Source: a virus
Taxonomy: Duplodnaviria; Caudoviricetes
Direction: 5' to 3' (one strand)
IMG/VR virus record: IMGVR_UViG_3300035698_011749
Span: 497 to 64,496 of that record
DNA length: 64,000 nucleotides
Below, piece by piece: positions 62,263 to 64,000 of the stretch. Numbering within the stretch: the first letter of the stretch is position 1; every line of letters begins with the position of its first letter. A program made the position numbers and the translations under genes. The notes beneath the pieces were generated by a model, which was not told where the DNA came from, did no database searches, and saw only the letters and a program-made list of their open reading frames with translations.

Positions 62263-62448
62263 CTAAATAAACCATGGAACAATTATAATAACATCCCAAA
62301 TGACACCATCAACAAACTCTTCAGCCTCCTGCTCTGTCATTGCACGAGGACCATTCATGTCCACCGGTAAATTCCACACAGCACAGGAGTTTAGTAAAAA
62401 CATCATAGACAAAATCAATATTATGTGTTTTATTTTTGGTTTTGGCAT
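62263..62448 (-). CDS. Small putative lipoprotein
   Basis: Basic N-terminus, h-region and lipobox-like LNSC; hydrophobic C-terminus. Confidence 0.5.
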   Translation of the reverse strand: MPKPKIKHIILILSMMFLLNSCAVWNLPVDMNGPRAMTEQEAEEFVDGVIWDVIIIVPWFI

Positions 62449-62509
62449 AGTTTTAAGTTAAATTACATTAAATTAAATTACAGTAAAGGTAGCGCACTTC
62501 GTGCGAATG

Positions 62510-64000
62510 TTAATATCCAGTAATTAAATTAGCTTCATGATGTAAATAAGATTCAGATTCTTCCCAAGCCAGATGCTCCCAAAAAGGTTTAGCAATTGCA
62601 CGATCCAAACCAGACATAATCATATACCTGGTATCGTCCATCAAATGATCGTTTTCTTTCACAATTTTGCCATTTTCATCTCTGCGATATAGACGAAACT
62701 CAGCAAGCCAATTTACCAAGCTGCCGAATACTTTTAGTTTGTTTGTGCTTAACATTTGCCAGACTTTATATATACCAGCCTCAACAGATTTATTAGCATT
62801 TGCAATATCAAGACCACAATCGAGATAAATATTAAAAAGCTGTTTGCCATCTTCTTGAGAACGGCCATGCGCAGCAGAATCAATCACACCAGGAATCCAT
62901 ACGCCCCTGGCTTTAATTCCTTCAGCATGAATTACTGGTTCAGCTTGACCTTGATAATATTCCGAATAAAGAAAAGTAATTTGAGATGTTGGATCAGTAG
63001 CGCTCCACAAACAGGCAGTCTTTTTCCATCCTACATCAAGCGCGTAGCAGCGTAGCCAATGATCTGGAATAGGAAAATCAGTTACAATAATATTAGACTC
63101 TTGGATTGGGAAAATAGCGCCAGAACCGAGCTGAGGAATTCCTTTAGATCTGGCATCACGTTGATGTGGAGGTAAGGCCGCAAATAATCTATCTTTCTGC
63201 GGCTTGGTTAAGTGTGGAGCATCATCCCATGTCGCCATGATTAGGACTTTGCTGCCAGCATGATTTTCTTTAATTTGCCCGCCAGGCAGAAATTGCATAA
63301 CGGTATCAGTAAGTCCTTCAAGCGGCGTGAATGTAAGTAGGATCAAACCATTTGTTGTCATTGTTCTGGTTATACATTCTGTATATATAGACAGGGGGCA
63401 CTCCTCGTCCAGCCAGATCAGATCTTGCTCTGTACCTTCGAATGATTTTCGTCCTTCTGCATAGGACTTTATTTTAATTCGAGAAATGCCCCCTGATATG
63501 TGGCGAACCAAAATGGTATCAACTGCGTTTGGTACACCGCCCGCCTTTGGAGTAGTTTTTAATATATACTTTTCCGGAATCAGGCCAGTACCAGCAGCTT
63601 CAGGAGGCCCAATAAGTTTTAATTGTACAATATCTCTGGCAGTTGTGCTTGTTGTGCCTGCTGCCCAGGTTGATACTGGTCTATCAAATTTATATCCAGG
63701 CCACCAGTCTGGATATCTTCCAGTTGCATGCAATACAGTTTCGTAAGCACCAATACCTTCAGAATTATGTGTGACAATACCATTTTCAATAATAAAAGTA
63801 TGTTCTGGATGACTGACTTCAATACAAGTACATTCATCCCAATCAAATTGTTCGATAGAATAAATTGGACGGCCCAAAGAATTTTTAGGTATCTTATATC
63901 GTTTTGCTTTTCTAACTAATCTAAAAGGACAAAAATTAAGTCTTACTGTAATTTATAAGCTAATTTTCCTTTTATTTTAATTCCTTGCTCATTTTTATAA
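62510..64000 (-). CDS. terL: Terminase large subunit (P22-like), 5' part outside the window
   Basis: TGRYPDWW, IWLDEE, LTFTPLEG, WDDAPHL, ALDVGW and DHLMDDTRY. Confidence 0.92.
63764..64000 (-). mobile_element. Intein in TerL (C-terminal part)
   Basis: CTCIEVSHPEHTFIIENGIVTHN|S splice junction; upstream PFRLVRKA segment resembles the end of a LAGLIDADG intein endonuclease. Confidence 0.88.

Noticed and set aside
29671-63919. Numerous + strand ORFs antisense to late genes
   Set aside because: Shadow ORFs lying opposite long, motif-bearing - strand genes.
1-64000. Alternative genetic code or stop-codon reassignment
   Set aside because: Core genes are full-length and densely packed under the standard code; no suppressor tRNA is seen.

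Overview
An AT-rich, apparently lytic tailed phage with podovirus-type organisation, covering almost a whole genome. A TerS-like ORF runs off position 1 and an intein-containing TerL runs off position 64000, so the two ends probably join across a short gap. The + strand (1.8-29.6 kb) holds early and replication genes: SprT-like protease, UvrD-like helicase, PD-(D/E)XK nuclease, AAA ATPase, SSB, NAD-dependent ligase, tRNA-Leu, ParB-methyltransferase, UDG-PolA, DUF3987 helicase and DEDDh exonuclease. The - strand holds packaging, head, tail, ejection/polyvalent and lysis genes. No integrase, RNA polymerase or recognisable primase is visible. Two signals stand out. (1) Eight tandem, correctly spaced sigma-54 (-24/-12) consensus sites with IHF-like motifs lie in the control region at 1334-1571. 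(2) At least seven virion-module proteins, including a head-tail adaptor paralogue and the nozzle-like protein, carry Sec or Tat signal peptides, and five of them are strongly enriched in an S-G-x-(S/T) motif, suggesting periplasmic routing and modification of virion parts. Other signals are five dispersed 14-bp palindromes, a 34-bp inverted repeat around a G-quadruplex motif, several inserted genes flanked by direct repeats, candidate structured RNAs and a C-terminal motif shared by four early proteins. All family assignments come from motifs recognised by eye; no searches were run.
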